From positions 13,685 to 77,684 of the forward strand of contig JAVYJS010000006.1 of NCBI GenBank assembly GCA_032378655.1: a stretch of 64,000 nucleotides of DNA. Reading direction: 5' to 3'. Origin of the DNA: Candidatus Arsenophonus melophagi. GTDB taxonomy: Bacteria; Pseudomonadota; Gammaproteobacteria; Enterobacterales; Enterobacteriaceae. The notes under the pieces are model-generated. The model was not told the origin of the DNA, did no database searches, and saw nothing but the letters and a program-made list of their open reading frames with translations. The number at the start of each line of letters is the position of its first letter. The stretch's first letter is position 1. Positions 36,345 through 47,270 of the stretch are shown here, one piece after another. The position numbers were made by a program, and so were the translations under genes.

Positions 36345-36420
36345 GTATCCTTGTATTTTAAAGGTAGGCAAAGAGCCTACCGCTTGATTGCAAGCGCCTT
36401 TTACCTTTGGAAAAGGATAC
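36345..36420. other. Locally GC-enriched 76-nt segment with three consecutive short hairpins and complementary ends; function unknown
   Basis: The hairpins are ggtaggc-aaaga-gcctacc (36363-36381), gcttg-attg-caagc (36382-36395) and cctttt-acctttgg-aaaagg (36397-36416). The ends gtatcctt and aaggatac are complementary. The surrounding desert is much more AT-rich. Confidence 0.3.
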
Positions 36421-37081
36421 ATATTTATATTGATTGCTATGAGAATATACTTCGTTGCATTAATGCTCAGTATGATGAATTAATTTGATCATGTAATAGA
36501 AAATGCTAACTGCTCTTTAGGCTGATTGTACAGTTGATCAACTGTATTCTCTAATTGGTCGAATCTGAATTCGACTTAAAAAATAAAACTACCTCCTAAT
36601 ATTTATAAGGATCATAGCTAATACTATTATTGTTTAGTTTCGATACTCAACTAAACTGCTTTTAATTTTCTGCCATTAAAGCTCTGCGTGAAGATATCCT
36701 ATTATTAATTGTTTAATGTAGATATGATAGTTGTGTTATAATCAATTACTTTTATCAAGTTTATTTTTCTTTAGTGTATGATAACTTTAATGATTGAGCC
36801 TGTAAATACTGATGTTTTATTAGAAGCAGTAATACCTTAACTGATATAAGTTCTGCTTGCTTTTCAAGATTTATTATCTTACTCCGTAAGATTATTACTA
36901 ATATTATTAGTAGTCACTTATGTGATTACAAACTTTATCAATTAAGTATTGTTGTTATTCGGATCGCAACCATGTGAATTATCTTGATAATTATAAGTAC
37001 TTCACTGAATAAATGCATATATGTTCATATTATATGACTCATTAAAATAAAAACATTAAAATTCATTTAATTAAGGATAAA

Positions 37082-38731
37082 ATGGAAATTTTTTTTACTA
37101 TTCTTATTTTAATTTTAGTTGTTTCAGTATCAGGTGTCATTACGAAAGTAATTCCATTTCGTATACCTCTACCAATCATACAGATTGCGATAGGTGCTTT
37201 ATTAGCCTGGCCTCAATTTGGTTTACATATTGATTTTGATCCAGAGCTTTTTCTGGTTCTATTGATTCCACCTCTATTATTTGTTGATGGTTGGAAAACG
37301 CCAACACGTGAATTCTTTCAAAATGGACGTGAAATTTTCACCTTAGTGTTTGGTTTAGTTTTAGTGACAGTAGTTGGAATAGGCTATGTGATTTATTGGT
37401 TGTTACCGAATATTCCGCTCATTGCTGCTTTTGCTTTGGCAGCGGTTCTTTCGCCTACTGATGTGGTAGCACTCTCCTCTATTGTTGGTAGAGATCGTAT
37501 ACCAAAACGGATAATGAATGTCTTAGAAGGTGAAGCATTGATGAATGATGCTTCCGGCTTGGTAGCATTAAAATTTGCTGTTTCTATTGCTATGGGAACT
37601 ATGATTTTTAGTGTATATGGTATCGCTTTTGAATTTTTTAAAGTTGCTATAGGTGGTTTATTAATTGGTATTGCGGTCACATGGACCTATAGCAAATCAC
37701 TGCGCATGATGAGTCGATGGAGTGGCAATGATCCAGCAACACAAATGATTTTGATGTTACTCCTACCTTTTGCTGCATATCTTATTGCAGAGCATATGGG
37801 GTTTTCCGGTATTTTATCTGCTGTTGCTTCTGGCATGACAATTAGCAAAGCTGGTGTTATTCGTAATGCGCCTTTGGCGATGCGGTTACGATCAGATAAT
37901 GTTTGGTCGATGTTAGAGTTTGTTTTTAATGGCTTAGTTTTTATCATGCTAGGTTTACAATTACCAGGTATATGGGAAACTTCTGTTATTCAAGCTGAAC
38001 TTGATCCAAGTGTTGAAACTTGGATGTTATTTATTGCTGTTTTCATTATTTATATTGCTTTATTATTACTAAGATTTATTTGGTTATGGTTAATGGAGCG
38101 TTTTAGTCAGCTGTTATTAAAAGCGCAGCCGTTACAATTTGCATCTTATACTTATCGTGAATTATGGTTAGCTTCTTTTGCTGGAATACGTGGTGCGATT
38201 ACCTTAGCTGGTGTCCTTTCCATACCATTATTTCTTACAGATGGTACACCTTTTCCAGCACGTTATCAGTTAGTTTTTATTGCAACTGGAGTAATCATGA
38301 TATCAATTTTTATTGGTGTTCTTGCTTTGCCACTTTTGCTATCCACTTTTAAAGTTGGTGATAAACTTTCAGATATTCATGAAATAAGAATGGCAAAATC
38401 TGCAATGGCAGAAGTAGCGATTGTAAGTATAAATAAAATGGAAGAACGTCTTTCGTCTGATGTTCAAGAAGCATTGGATCCCGAAGTTATTAATGAGGTT
38501 GCTTCCCGTGTTACGAGCTATCTTCGTCGTAGAACTGTGGGTCAAGATGAGATGGAGCATAATTTACTAATAGAAGAGTTAGAACGTCGTTTTCGCTTAA
38601 CTGCATTACGAGCTGAGCGAGCAGAATTATACCACTTGAGAGCAAAAAAAGAGATCAGTAATGAAACTATGCGAACACTATTATTAGATCTTGATTTGAT
38701 GGAAGCTTTATTGACTGATAAAGAACATTAA
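37082..38731 (+). CDS. yjcE: Na+/H+ (cation:proton) exchanger, CPA1 family, YjcE
   Basis: 549 aa, the same length as E. coli YjcE. The N-terminus is near-identical (MEIFFTILI..., IQIAIGALLAWP.FGLH..FDPELFLVL.IPPLLF.DGWKTPTREF), as is the C-terminus (ERRFRL.ALR.ERAELYHLRA..EISNET). It occupies the same position after ssb. Confidence 0.93.
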   Translation: MEIFFTILILILVVSVSGVITKVIPFRIPLPIIQIAIGALLAWPQFGLHIDFDPELFLVLLIPPLLFVDGWKTPTREFFQNGREIFTLVFGLVLVTVVGIGYVIYWLLPNIPLIAAFALAAVLSPTDVVALSSIVGRDRIPKRIMNVLEGEALMNDASGLVALKFAVSIAMGTMIFSVYGIAFEFFKVAIGGLLIGIAVTWTYSKSLRMMSRWSGNDPATQMILMLLLPFAAYLIAEHMGFSGILSAVASGMTISKAGVIRNAPLAMRLRSDNVWSMLEFVFNGLVFIMLGLQLPGIWETSVIQAELDPSVETWMLFIAVFIIYIALLLLRFIWLWLMERFSQLLLKAQPLQFASYTYRELWLASFAGIRGAITLAGVLSIPLFLTDGTPFPARYQLVFIATGVIMISIFIGVLALPLLLSTFKVGDKLSDIHEIRMAKSAMAEVAIVSINKMEERLSSDVQEALDPEVINEVASRVTSYLRRRTVGQDEMEHNLLIEELERRFRLTALRAERAELYHLRAKKEISNETMRTLLLDLDLMEALLTDKEH

Positions 38732-39198
38732 TGCATGCCATAAAATAAACGGAATTACTAATTATTATAACGCTACTATGTCAAGCGTCTTTTGTTTACT
38801 CTCTAAGTAAACTGTTTTATCTCTTGGATTAAGCTATTTATATTCAAGTTAGTGTACTATTTTAAGTCATATGGTGATTATATCTCTTTCTTTTTAACAA
38901 AGAATCACGATCTTAGTGTAGTCTTTATTTTTGTTGCCTGTAGTCGTTATTTGTAACTATTAAAGATCAATAGATAAAGCAGTATGTAGGATGCGATATT
39001 TATATAGTGTAATGTTAGGTTGCTACTTGTTAGCTACTAACATTAGCTGTATATAGTTACAGTAATCCTTAAAAGGATTAGTTTATGTGTAGTTTGCAAA
39101 AATTTTCTTCGCAATTGCATCAATTGGCTATACAAGAATGATAAGATTTATCTATTACTACAATAGTAATCTCTGCATTGTTTTATATCGATCCCTTT

Positions 39199-39234
39199 AT
39201 AGGATATTATTCGATTGCATGAATAATATCCTAT
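39199..39234. repeat. Perfect hairpin, 14-bp stem, 8-nt loop
   Basis: ataggatattattc-gattgcat-gaataatatcctat. The right arm overlaps the following tandem duplication. Confidence 0.9.
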
Positions 39235-39276
39235 ATAAATAAATTACCGGATAATATCCTATATAAATAAATTACC
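39223..39276. repeat. Perfect tandem duplication, 26-nt copies, 28-nt period
   Basis: ataatatcctatataaataaattacc-gg-ataatatcctatataaataaattacc. Confidence 0.93.
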
Positions 39277-39698
39277 TATGACTAAAATACAGTAAGAGTA
39301 TTGTAATTTTATTGGAGATTAGTGCTTTTAATATTAACTATTATTTTATGTGGAACTATTGCATCTAAAGGTAGATATGACTTGTCTTCTTCAATGAAGA
39401 AGCATAAATACCAGATCTTCAAAACTTGCTTAGCTATTTAAGGACTACATTATTATTATAATCTCTCTTAGTACATAGAGAGGTTGCTATCGATCGACTG
39501 CATAGTAGTGATATCGAGTACTAAAATATTAGCCTCAAAGGCTAATACTAGCAGTAGCACTGTTGATATTAGCAATAAGCTCTTTGCAGGATATAAAACT
39601 TCGCTATGGAATTAACAAATTAAGATTGCACTAGTGTATGCATCTATTGCACTCTTTCTGCCATTTAGAAAGAAAATCTATACCTACACTTAAGCTAA

Positions 39699-39716
39699 TC
39701 TACTTAGCTAAGTAGA
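39699..39716. repeat. Perfect 18-nt palindrome
   Basis: tctacttag|ctaagtaga. Confidence 0.85.
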
Positions 39717-40201
39717 GATGTTGTTTGCGCAAAATATTGAATTAATTTTCTAAAATATTATTTTATTCTATAATATAGAATTACATTATCACTTCATTCT
39801 ATTAAGAATGCGATAATTCCACTCAGTTCTGGATATGTTAAATTTCTCAGTGATGCCACACATAACAACTTCTGTATTTTAATACAGCTGAAAATATTGT
39901 ATTTTAATTACATTTCATTTTATAAAATATGAGTAGGATATTGTATCCATGATCACTTCCTTACAGTTTAAAACTAGTAAAACAATTTTTTCTTTTAACG
40001 CTTATCTGCAGTAAGGTAAGAGATGATCAATATTTCTTTCTGCTAAACGATCAATCAATGTTAATTAATTGATAATAGTATAGAATAAAAGAACTGACAT
40101 TTATCATTTTATCAGTGATACGTAAGTATCATTATTTTTATCTGAAAATATTCAAAAAAATTAACTATAATAGGAACAATGCATTGACTGTATCTGAGAT
40201 T

Positions 40202-40714
40202 ATGAATGTTATTACCGAATTTTCCAGTGACCATCAAATATTAGCTATTATTATTGTTTTTCTATTAGCGTTTGGAGAATCTTTAGCTTTTATATCTCTA
40301 TTGCTACCAGCAACAGTAATTTTACTTGGTTTAGGTGCATTGATTGGTAATAATCAAGTTGCTTTTTTACTAATATGGTTTTCTACTACCATTGGTGCTT
40401 TTTTAGGTGATTGGTTATCTTATTGGATCGGTTTTCATTATAAGCAAAGTGTACGCTATATGTGGCCAATATCTCGTCGTCCTGCAGTGCTTGAGCAGGG
40501 TCATCGTTTCTTTGAGCGATGGGGAGTATGGAGTGTTTTTATTGGTCGTTTTTTTGGTCCATTAAGAGCAATCATTCCTTTAGTAGCAGGTATTTGTGCT
40601 ATGCCTAAACATTATTTTCAACTCGCTAATTTAGTTTCTTCCATACTGTGGGCATTTGCTATTTTAGCTTCAGGAGCATTTGGTTTATCTTGGCTTGCTA
40701 AGTTAGTGGAGTAG
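40202..40714 (+). CDS. DedA / SNARE-associated family inner-membrane protein (YabI-like)
   Basis: The DedA signature is FGESLAFISLLLPATVILLGLGALIG...GDWLSYWIGF...IGRFFGPLRAIIPLVAGI. It has about 4 hydrophobic segments. The ATG at 40202 (MNVITEF) is preferred. The ORF-track GTG at 40115 adds a lysine/asparagine-rich extension typical of AT-rich read-in. Confidence 0.8.
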   Translation: MNVITEFSSDHQILAIIIVFLLAFGESLAFISLLLPATVILLGLGALIGNNQVAFLLIWFSTTIGAFLGDWLSYWIGFHYKQSVRYMWPISRRPAVLEQGHRFFERWGVWSVFIGRFFGPLRAIIPLVAGICAMPKHYFQLANLVSSILWAFAILASGAFGLSWLAKLVE

Positions 40715-40851
40715 CAAGTTTATTAAAACTGTACTCCAATAGTATTGGATTAATGAAAATCAAAATATATTATAAACATTTATATAGTAGAACACTCAAT
40801 GAGTGTAGAGAATATTAGTTTTAGAATAAAGACTATTTAGAGGAAATTCCG

Positions 40852-42180
40852 GTGGATATTCAATTATTATGTGCAATTATTGGATTTCTTACTGGCATAC
40901 TTTTTGGTGGTGTTTTAATCTGGATCGTAGTTGCACAAAAAGTGAATAAAAAAGAATCTGAATTACGAAGCCTATATACTATACAGGCTAGCTATGAGGA
41001 AAAAATTACTCATCTTGAATATTGGAAAGGTGAGTGCGAGCGTCGCGATCAAGAATTAAAGTTACAAATGGAAGTTAATCGTAATCAAGAAGTCGAATTA
41101 TGTGAAGTTATGACACGACTTGAAGAGACACGACTTGTTTTTGAAGAGAAACAGCGGCTATTACTTAATAGTGAACAACGATTAAATGTTCAATTTGAAA
41201 ATTTAGCCAACCGTATTTTTGAACAAAATGAACGACGTGCTTCTGAGCAGCAGCGTCAGAGTTTAATTGCATTATTAATGCCTTTTCGTGAACAGTTAGA
41301 TGGCTTTCGGCGGCAAGTGCATGACAGTTTTAGTCAGGAAGCACTTGAGCGTCATACTCTAGCACATGAAATTCGTCAGCTTCAGCAGTTAAATGCAGAG
41401 ATGGCAAAAGAAACTATTAAGCTGACTAAAGCGTTAAAAGGAGATAATAAAATTCAGGGTAATTGGGGTGAGGCAATTCTTTCACGCATCTTAGAGGCCT
41501 CGGGTCTGAGAGAAGGGCATGAATTTGAGAGTCAAGTCAGTATCAACACCTCCGATAGTCGTTATCAACCGGATGTCATTATCCGGTTACCACAAGGTAA
41601 AGATGTTGTAATCGATGCTAAAATGTCACTAACAGCTTATGAGAATTATTTCAATAGCGAAGATGAAGAACACAAAGTTACGGCATTGCGGGGACATATT
41701 AATTCTGTTCGGAATCATATAAAAGAACTTGGGCGCAAAGATTATCAGCAATTAAATGGATTAAGATCATTAGATTATGTATTAATGTTTATTCCACTTG
41801 AGCCGGCTTATTTAATTGCTTTACGTGAAGCTCCTGAGCTTATTGATGAGGGATTAAAAAATAACATTTTACTCGTCTGCCCTTCAACCTTGTTGGTAGC
41901 AGTGCGTACTATTAATAATTTATGGCGTTATGAACACCAAAGTCAAAATGCGCAAGTCATTGCTGAGTGTGCTTCTAAAATGTATGATAAAATGCGATTA
42001 TTTGTCGATGACATACAAATTTTAGGTCAGAGTTTAAACAAAGCGCAGCTTAATTATCAATCAGCAGTAAAAAAATTAACCGAAGGAAAAGGTAATTTAA
42101 TAAGTCAAGCAGAAAATTTAAAAGAATTAGGGATAGAAGTAAAACGTCCAATTAATACTGAATTTAATAAACATAAATAA
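40852..42180 (+). CDS. rmuC: DNA recombination protein RmuC
   Basis: SEQRLNVQFENLANRIFEQ, REQLDGFRRQV, ALKGDNKIQGNWGE, QPDVIIRLPQGKDVVIDAKMSL and NLWRYEHQSQNAQ match E. coli RmuC. It has a GTG start and lies upstream of ubiE, as in E. coli. Confidence 0.94.
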   Translation: MDIQLLCAIIGFLTGILFGGVLIWIVVAQKVNKKESELRSLYTIQASYEEKITHLEYWKGECERRDQELKLQMEVNRNQEVELCEVMTRLEETRLVFEEKQRLLLNSEQRLNVQFENLANRIFEQNERRASEQQRQSLIALLMPFREQLDGFRRQVHDSFSQEALERHTLAHEIRQLQQLNAEMAKETIKLTKALKGDNKIQGNWGEAILSRILEASGLREGHEFESQVSINTSDSRYQPDVIIRLPQGKDVVIDAKMSLTAYENYFNSEDEEHKVTALRGHINSVRNHIKELGRKDYQQLNGLRSLDYVLMFIPLEPAYLIALREAPELIDEGLKNNILLVCPSTLLVAVRTINNLWRYEHQSQNAQVIAECASKMYDKMRLFVDDIQILGQSLNKAQLNYQSAVKKLTEGKGNLISQAENLKELGIEVKRPINTEFNKHK

Positions 42181-42281
42181 GTATCAAAATTATAATTAAC
42201 AAAATCAGTAAAGTATGAATAAGAACTTAAGATACACAAAAAAATACTTGCAATTCTTGTAATAATTACGTGAACATAATT

Positions 42282-43037
42282 ATGGTAGATCCAATTAAAG
42301 AAACCACCGATTTCGGCTTTCGCAAAGTAGCCAAAGATGAGAAAGCGAGTTTAGTTGCTGCTGTTTTTCATTCAGTGTCTACACAATATGATTGTATGAA
42401 TGATCTTATGTCATTAGGGATCCATCGCATTTGGAAACATTTTACGATAAAAGCTAGTTGCGCGCGCCGTGGGCAATATATTTTAGATCTAGCTGGTGGC
42501 ACTGGAGACTTAACAGCTAAATTTGCTAAAATAGTTGGTGAAAAAGGTAAGGTTTTTCTCACTGATATTAATGATTCTATGTTGAAAATTGGGAGAGACA
42601 AGCTCCGAAATCTAGGGATCGTTGGAAATATTATTTATATTCAAGCGAATGCCGAAGAATTGCCTTTTCCTGATAACTACTTCGATTGCATTAGCATTTC
42701 TTTTGGTCTTCGAAATATCACTAATAAAAATCAAGCACTTAAATCAATATTTAGGGTATTAAAACCTGGAGGCCGTCTATTAGTATTAGAGTTCTCTAAA
42801 CCTATTTTATCGGTATTGACTAAATTGTATAATGCTTATTCTTTTCATATTTTGCCACTGATAGGAAAAATAATTATCAATGATGCTGATAGTTATCGTT
42901 ATCTAGCTGAATCTATTCATTTGCATCCGGATCAGAACACATTAAAAGCAATGATAGAGTTAAGCGGTTTTGAACAGGTCTCATATACTAATATGACTGG
43001 TGGAATTGTTGCCCTACACAGAGGATTTAAATTTTAA
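42282..43037 (+). CDS. ubiE: Ubiquinone/menaquinone biosynthesis C-methyltransferase UbiE
   Basis: [22 protein letters not shown] aligns with E. coli [22 protein letters not shown]. The SAM motif is [10 protein letters not shown], and ISFGLRN and [15 protein letters not shown] are present. The ORF track starts 12 nt earlier at a GTG. Confidence 0.95.
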   Translation: MVDPIKETTDFGFRKVAKDEKASLVAAVFHSVSTQYDCMNDLMSLGIHRIWKHFTIKASCARRGQYILDLAGGTGDLTAKFAKIVGEKGKVFLTDINDSMLKIGRDKLRNLGIVGNIIYIQANAEELPFPDNYFDCISISFGLRNITNKNQALKSIFRVLKPGGRLLVLEFSKPILSVLTKLYNAYSFHILPLIGKIIINDADSYRYLAESIHLHPDQNTLKAMIELSGFEQVSYTNMTGGIVALHRGFKF

Positions 43038-43038
43038 A

Positions 43039-43698
43039 ATGGTTTTCTCGTCAATGAAAAAGAATGCAAAAGTATCTGTATTATACTCTGCAGTAACTTA
43101 TCTTTTACAGAATATGTTAAATAAGTTTTTTTATCAGGAACTGGCTCTGAAATCAATTAGAGCAAGGCTAATTGGTCAGGTACTGGCAATTGATTTAAAA
43201 GAATTTTCAAAGCCATTCATATTCATTTTCTCTGCTGAAAAAGTAAATGTTATAAATAAGTGTTCTAAATCGGTAGATTGCAGAATAAAAACTGCATTAG
43301 TAACGCTAACGCAACTTCACAATACACAACAACTTTCTACGTTTATCAATGATGGAAGGATTGTTATTAAAGGCAATATACACATTGCACAGAATTTCTT
43401 AGCAATGTTTGAAGCTACGCAATGGGACCTTGCTCATTATTTTGCTCCTTATGTCGGTGACATTCTTGCCGAAGGAATGAGTCGTTTTATTAAACATTTA
43501 TTAACTAGAATAAATGGGTTATTAAATCAACAAAAAAATTATTTTAAGGATGTTTTAGTGGAACAATTGCGAATTTTGCCTCATAAATTAGAAGTGTTGA
43601 GTTTTTTTGATAAGGTTGAAAACGTTGCGGTAGCAATTAAAAAACTGGAACAGCGTTTGACTAAATGGGAGGAAAAATATGAGTCCGGGAGATATTAA
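43039..43698 (+). CDS. ubiJ: Ubiquinone biosynthesis accessory factor UbiJ (YigP, SCP2 domain)
   Basis: It lies between ubiE and ubiB. It has weak but collinear similarity to E. coli UbiJ ([13 protein letters not shown]..., [24 protein letters not shown], and [12 protein letters not shown] versus LAPYTGDIAAEG). The start is uncertain. The ATG at 43039 follows the ubiE stop. Confidence 0.8.
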   Translation: MVFSSMKKNAKVSVLYSAVTYLLQNMLNKFFYQELALKSIRARLIGQVLAIDLKEFSKPFIFIFSAEKVNVINKCSKSVDCRIKTALVTLTQLHNTQQLSTFINDGRIVIKGNIHIAQNFLAMFEATQWDLAHYFAPYVGDILAEGMSRFIKHLLTRINGLLNQQKNYFKDVLVEQLRILPHKLEVLSFFDKVENVAVAIKKLEQRLTKWEEKYESGRY

Positions 43699-45316
43699 AC
43701 GGCTCTATTTTATCATTCGAGTATTTCTAAAATATGGTTTAGATGAACTCATTCCACAAAGTAAATTTACTGTACCATTAAAAGTTGTGCGCCATTGTTT
43801 ATTTTGGCTATCAAATAAACATAAAGATAAATCTATTGGTGCGCGTTTACGTTTAGCTTTAGAAACTTTAGGCCCAGTTTGGGTGAAATGTGGGCAGATG
43901 CTATCTACTCGTCGCGATCTTATTCCAACTATAATTTCTGATCAGTTAGCATTATTACAAGATAATGTTGCTAGCTTTGATGGTCGCTTGGCTCGTCAAC
44001 ATATTGAACAGTCATTAGGCGGTTCTCTTGAAACGTGGTTTGATGATTTTGATGAGGTACCTTTAGCTTCAGCTTCCATTGCCCAAGTACATACGGCAAA
44101 ATTAAAAAAAAACAATCAACAAATAGTCATTAAAATTATTCGTCCAAATATACTGCCTATTATTCAAGCTGATATAGGTTTAATGTATAGGATAGCTAAT
44201 TGGATTCCACATTTACCAGGCGGACAACGTTTACGTCCGCGTGAAGTAGTTAGAGAGTATGAAAAAACATTAATTGATGAATTAAATTTGTTGCGAGAAG
44301 CAGCAAATGCGATTCAATTAAGACGCAATTTCAAAAATAGTTCCATGCTTTATATTCCTAAAGTCTATTCCGATTACTGTCGGGAGAACATAATGGTTAT
44401 GGAGCGTATTTATGGTATTCCTGTTTCTGATGTTGATGCGTTAAAGCAACAGGGCATTAATATGAAGTTATTAGCTGAGCGCGGAGTAAAAGTTTTTTTT
44501 ACTCAAGTATTTCGTGATAGCTTTTTTCATGCTGATATGCATCCTGGTAATATTTTTATTAGTCGAGAGCATCCTGACAATCCACAATATATTGGTATTG
44601 ATTGTGGCATTGTTGGCTCCTTAAATAAGGAGGATAAACGTTATTTAGCAGAAAATTTTATCGCTTTTTTTAATCGTGATTACCGTAAGGTAGCTGAATT
44701 ACATATTGATTCAGGTTGGGTTCCAGCAGATACTAATGTGGAAGATTTTGAATTTGCTATTCGAACAGTCTGTGAGCCAATTTTTGAAAAGCCAATAGCA
44801 AAAATTTATTTTAGTCATGTTTTATTCAATTTATTTAATACTGCACGTCGTTTTAATATGGAGGTCCAGCCTCAATTAGTGTTATTGCAAAAAACCTTGC
44901 TTTATATTGAAGGGTTAGGAAAACAGCTTTATCTGCAACTTGATTTGTGGAAAACAGCTAAACCTTTTCTTGAAGATTGGTTGCATCGGCAAATAGGATT
45001 ATCAGCAATGATTACTGCCTTTAAAGAGCGAGCACCATATTGGGCAGAAAAAATTCCAGAAATTCCTGATCTTATTTATGGAGCGCTCAAACAACATCAA
45101 TATCTAAAAGATAGTATTTATAAATTCACTATCCAACTACAAGGTCAGCAAATAAAGCATAGACAAAGTCAGTATTTATTAGGAATTGGAGCAACTTGCT
45201 TGTTCTGTGGTACTTCATTACAGATTTTTGAGTCGACAATTTCTGCAATTATTTTTATCTTTTTCGGTATAATTTTTTTATATATGGGATGGTATCGAAT
45301 AAGTAAAATGAAATAA
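43679..45316 (+). CDS. ubiB: Ubiquinone biosynthesis regulatory protein kinase UbiB (ABC1/ADCK family)
   Basis: 545 aa versus 546 in E. coli. Matching blocks are [41 protein letters not shown] and the C-terminal hydrophobic segments. It overlaps ubiJ by 20 nt. Confidence 0.95.
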   Translation: MSPGDIKRLYFIIRVFLKYGLDELIPQSKFTVPLKVVRHCLFWLSNKHKDKSIGARLRLALETLGPVWVKCGQMLSTRRDLIPTIISDQLALLQDNVASFDGRLARQHIEQSLGGSLETWFDDFDEVPLASASIAQVHTAKLKKNNQQIVIKIIRPNILPIIQADIGLMYRIANWIPHLPGGQRLRPREVVREYEKTLIDELNLLREAANAIQLRRNFKNSSMLYIPKVYSDYCRENIMVMERIYGIPVSDVDALKQQGINMKLLAERGVKVFFTQVFRDSFFHADMHPGNIFISREHPDNPQYIGIDCGIVGSLNKEDKRYLAENFIAFFNRDYRKVAELHIDSGWVPADTNVEDFEFAIRTVCEPIFEKPIAKIYFSHVLFNLFNTARRFNMEVQPQLVLLQKTLLYIEGLGKQLYLQLDLWKTAKPFLEDWLHRQIGLSAMITAFKERAPYWAEKIPEIPDLIYGALKQHQYLKDSIYKFTIQLQGQQIKHRQSQYLLGIGATCLFCGTSLQIFESTISAIIFIFFGIIFLYMGWYRISKMK

Positions 45317-45910
45317 AGTTTTTCTTTAATGCATAGTTAAACTTTGTTTAAAGTACACAGTACCTAAGATCTCAATACTCGGTTAGGATGTGGGATGACT
45401 TATGTATGATTAAGATACATAGTTATCATCTAATTACATAAGGGTGTGGATCAATATAAAAAAATTTTTGATAACCATATTTATGGACATACCTATTATT
45501 TTTTTAGATAGAAAGTGACTTGTTGCTTTAATTTTGGATAATTCAAAAATTATGTTCGTTTAGCTTAAACTTTGGTAGAGTTACGAAAAACTTCAAAAAC
45601 GATAAGTGATAATTTTACTTCAATCGTAAAATTGAAGATAGTAACGAAGTAGAAAAATAGAATAGTACTACTGGCTTTTAACTGAAAGATATTACTGAAA
45701 TGATCATAAATCATCACAATAAAATCATATACAAGAACCAGTTAAAAATAAAAAACAAGAGTCAATAAATACTATCCTTGGTAAAGTGTTCGTGAACTAA
45801 TATTAATGAGTTATAATTCATGACTTAGTGCTATGAGCACTAAGCAATTGCCAATTGCTGTCGAACACTTTCCAGTTATGAAAGTGCATTGTCGTGAATT
45901 AACTGACTAA

Positions 45911-45941
45911 CATATATTCTTTACAAAGTAAAGAATATATG
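45911..45941. repeat. Perfect hairpin, 14-bp stem, 3-nt loop
   Basis: catatattctttac-aaa-gtaaagaatatatg. Confidence 0.9.
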
Positions 45942-47065
45942 AATTTCAAAAAAAAACGTTAAGGCAATTCAAAGAAAACGTAAATACAAAACGTTTTTAC
46001 CAGAACTCAAGCAATTAATAGAGGAATTTTCAAAACGAAAGGTATGTTGCAGTGCGTCTATGATGCAAGATAGATGATAAGTAAGCGATGAACAGTTTAT
46101 AGTCTATTATTATAGTCTATGAAAAGATAGACAGAAACATTACGAAATTAACAATTGTTTTAACATGGCAGGTCCGAAGATCCTTTGAAAAATAAAACCA
46201 TTCAATTTTATGCGAAGCATAGTAAAATTCTTTATTTTGCAGTGCAGACTTATACCTATTTTGTCATTTTTCTTTAGTATTTTTTTTTATAAAAAGCCAA
46301 TAGCAAGTATTAATTGCCTTCAATACAGTTAGTAGCAGCAACTTTATTATGGCTGTACCTTTTGTGAAATTTTTAAATTCTTCTTTGTTTTTCTTTATCA
46401 GAAAAAGTTGCTACAACTCAATATGCCTTAAATAAGGAAGTGTTCTTAGTACTGATATTGTTACTCTTTTAATCATAAAAATATGTTTTCTCAGAAACTA
46501 TTTTATGGTATGAATTTATCAATTATTTGAATTTTACATTTTATTAGCATAGTACTATATGCTCCCAATGGATCTAAAATCCGTGAATGTGAATAAAATT
46601 GAAAGATTCTATCGTTAAAACAGAATACATTATTTCTGCATCATTAAATGTCTTCTTCAAGAAGAGAAGAATCAGTTAATGCAATAAGTTCATGTTTTTA
46701 GCTGATATACACTCATCAATAATATTATTTCATAATATAAGATGAGAAGATAAGAATCTTGGATAAAATCGAATAAAATCATAACATTATCGTTTTATTC
46801 CTTAGGGAACTGATCTATCTCTTAAAGATACTTTAAAAATATTTTGACCTGCTTCTTAGCAGCACTGCGTTTACCGTGTACCACTTTGCTGAGCTTTTAT
46901 ATATATTCGATTGCATGCTATCTCTTATTTTTTTAATCTCTCTCCTTAACATTGAGGAAAGTATAGTTAAGAAGATATCAATTTTATTGATGAGCAATAA
47001 GTAACATTACATGTTACTATGATATCAAATTTTAACTTTTATACACTTCCACTTGCAGTATTTAA

Positions 47066-47120
47066 GCTCGATAATTTATCGAGCATCCTTACCTTATAAT
47101 GGACAATATAAGGTAAGGAT
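47066..47120. repeat. Two abutting perfect hairpins (9-bp stem, then 14-bp stem)
   Basis: gctcgataa-t-ttatcgagc (47066-47084) is directly followed by atccttaccttata-atggacaa-tataaggtaaggat (47085-47120). Confidence 0.9.
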
Positions 47121-47228
47121 AAATGGATATTTTTAAAAAAAAGCTGACTCATCAGTCGTTCTCAATAATTAAATTTGCTACAATGCGATCATAAAAATGT
47201 TTTTATACCCAAAAATCAGGAAAGCAAT

Positions 47229-47270
47229 ATTTATTATTATAACTGCTTTTCAGCAGTTATAATAATAAAT
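47229..47270. repeat. Perfect hairpin, 19-bp stem, 4-nt loop
   Basis: atttattattataactgct-tttc-agcagttataataataaat. Confidence 0.93.

Noticed and set aside
36345-36420. A possible tRNA or tRNA pseudogene: 76 nt, complementary ends, and a 5-bp stem with the 7-nt loop gattgca.
   Set aside because: It has no T-arm or GTTC-like loop and no D-arm pairing. Position 33 of the putative anticodon loop is A rather than U, and neither strand folds as a cloverleaf. I kept it only as an unexplained structured element.
34306-39276. A CRISPR array or other regularly spaced repeat system in the deserts.
   Set aside because: The direct repeats seen are simple two-copy tandem duplications with 0-3 nt between copies. 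There are no repeat-spacer periodicity, no cas genes and no leader.
45444-45518. A candidate tatA remnant right after ubiB, plus a possible tatB start (atgttc at 45553).
   Set aside because: Only positional support and a hydrophobic-pattern resemblance exist. The composition alone could produce it, so it is mentioned in a finding but not called as a pseudogene.
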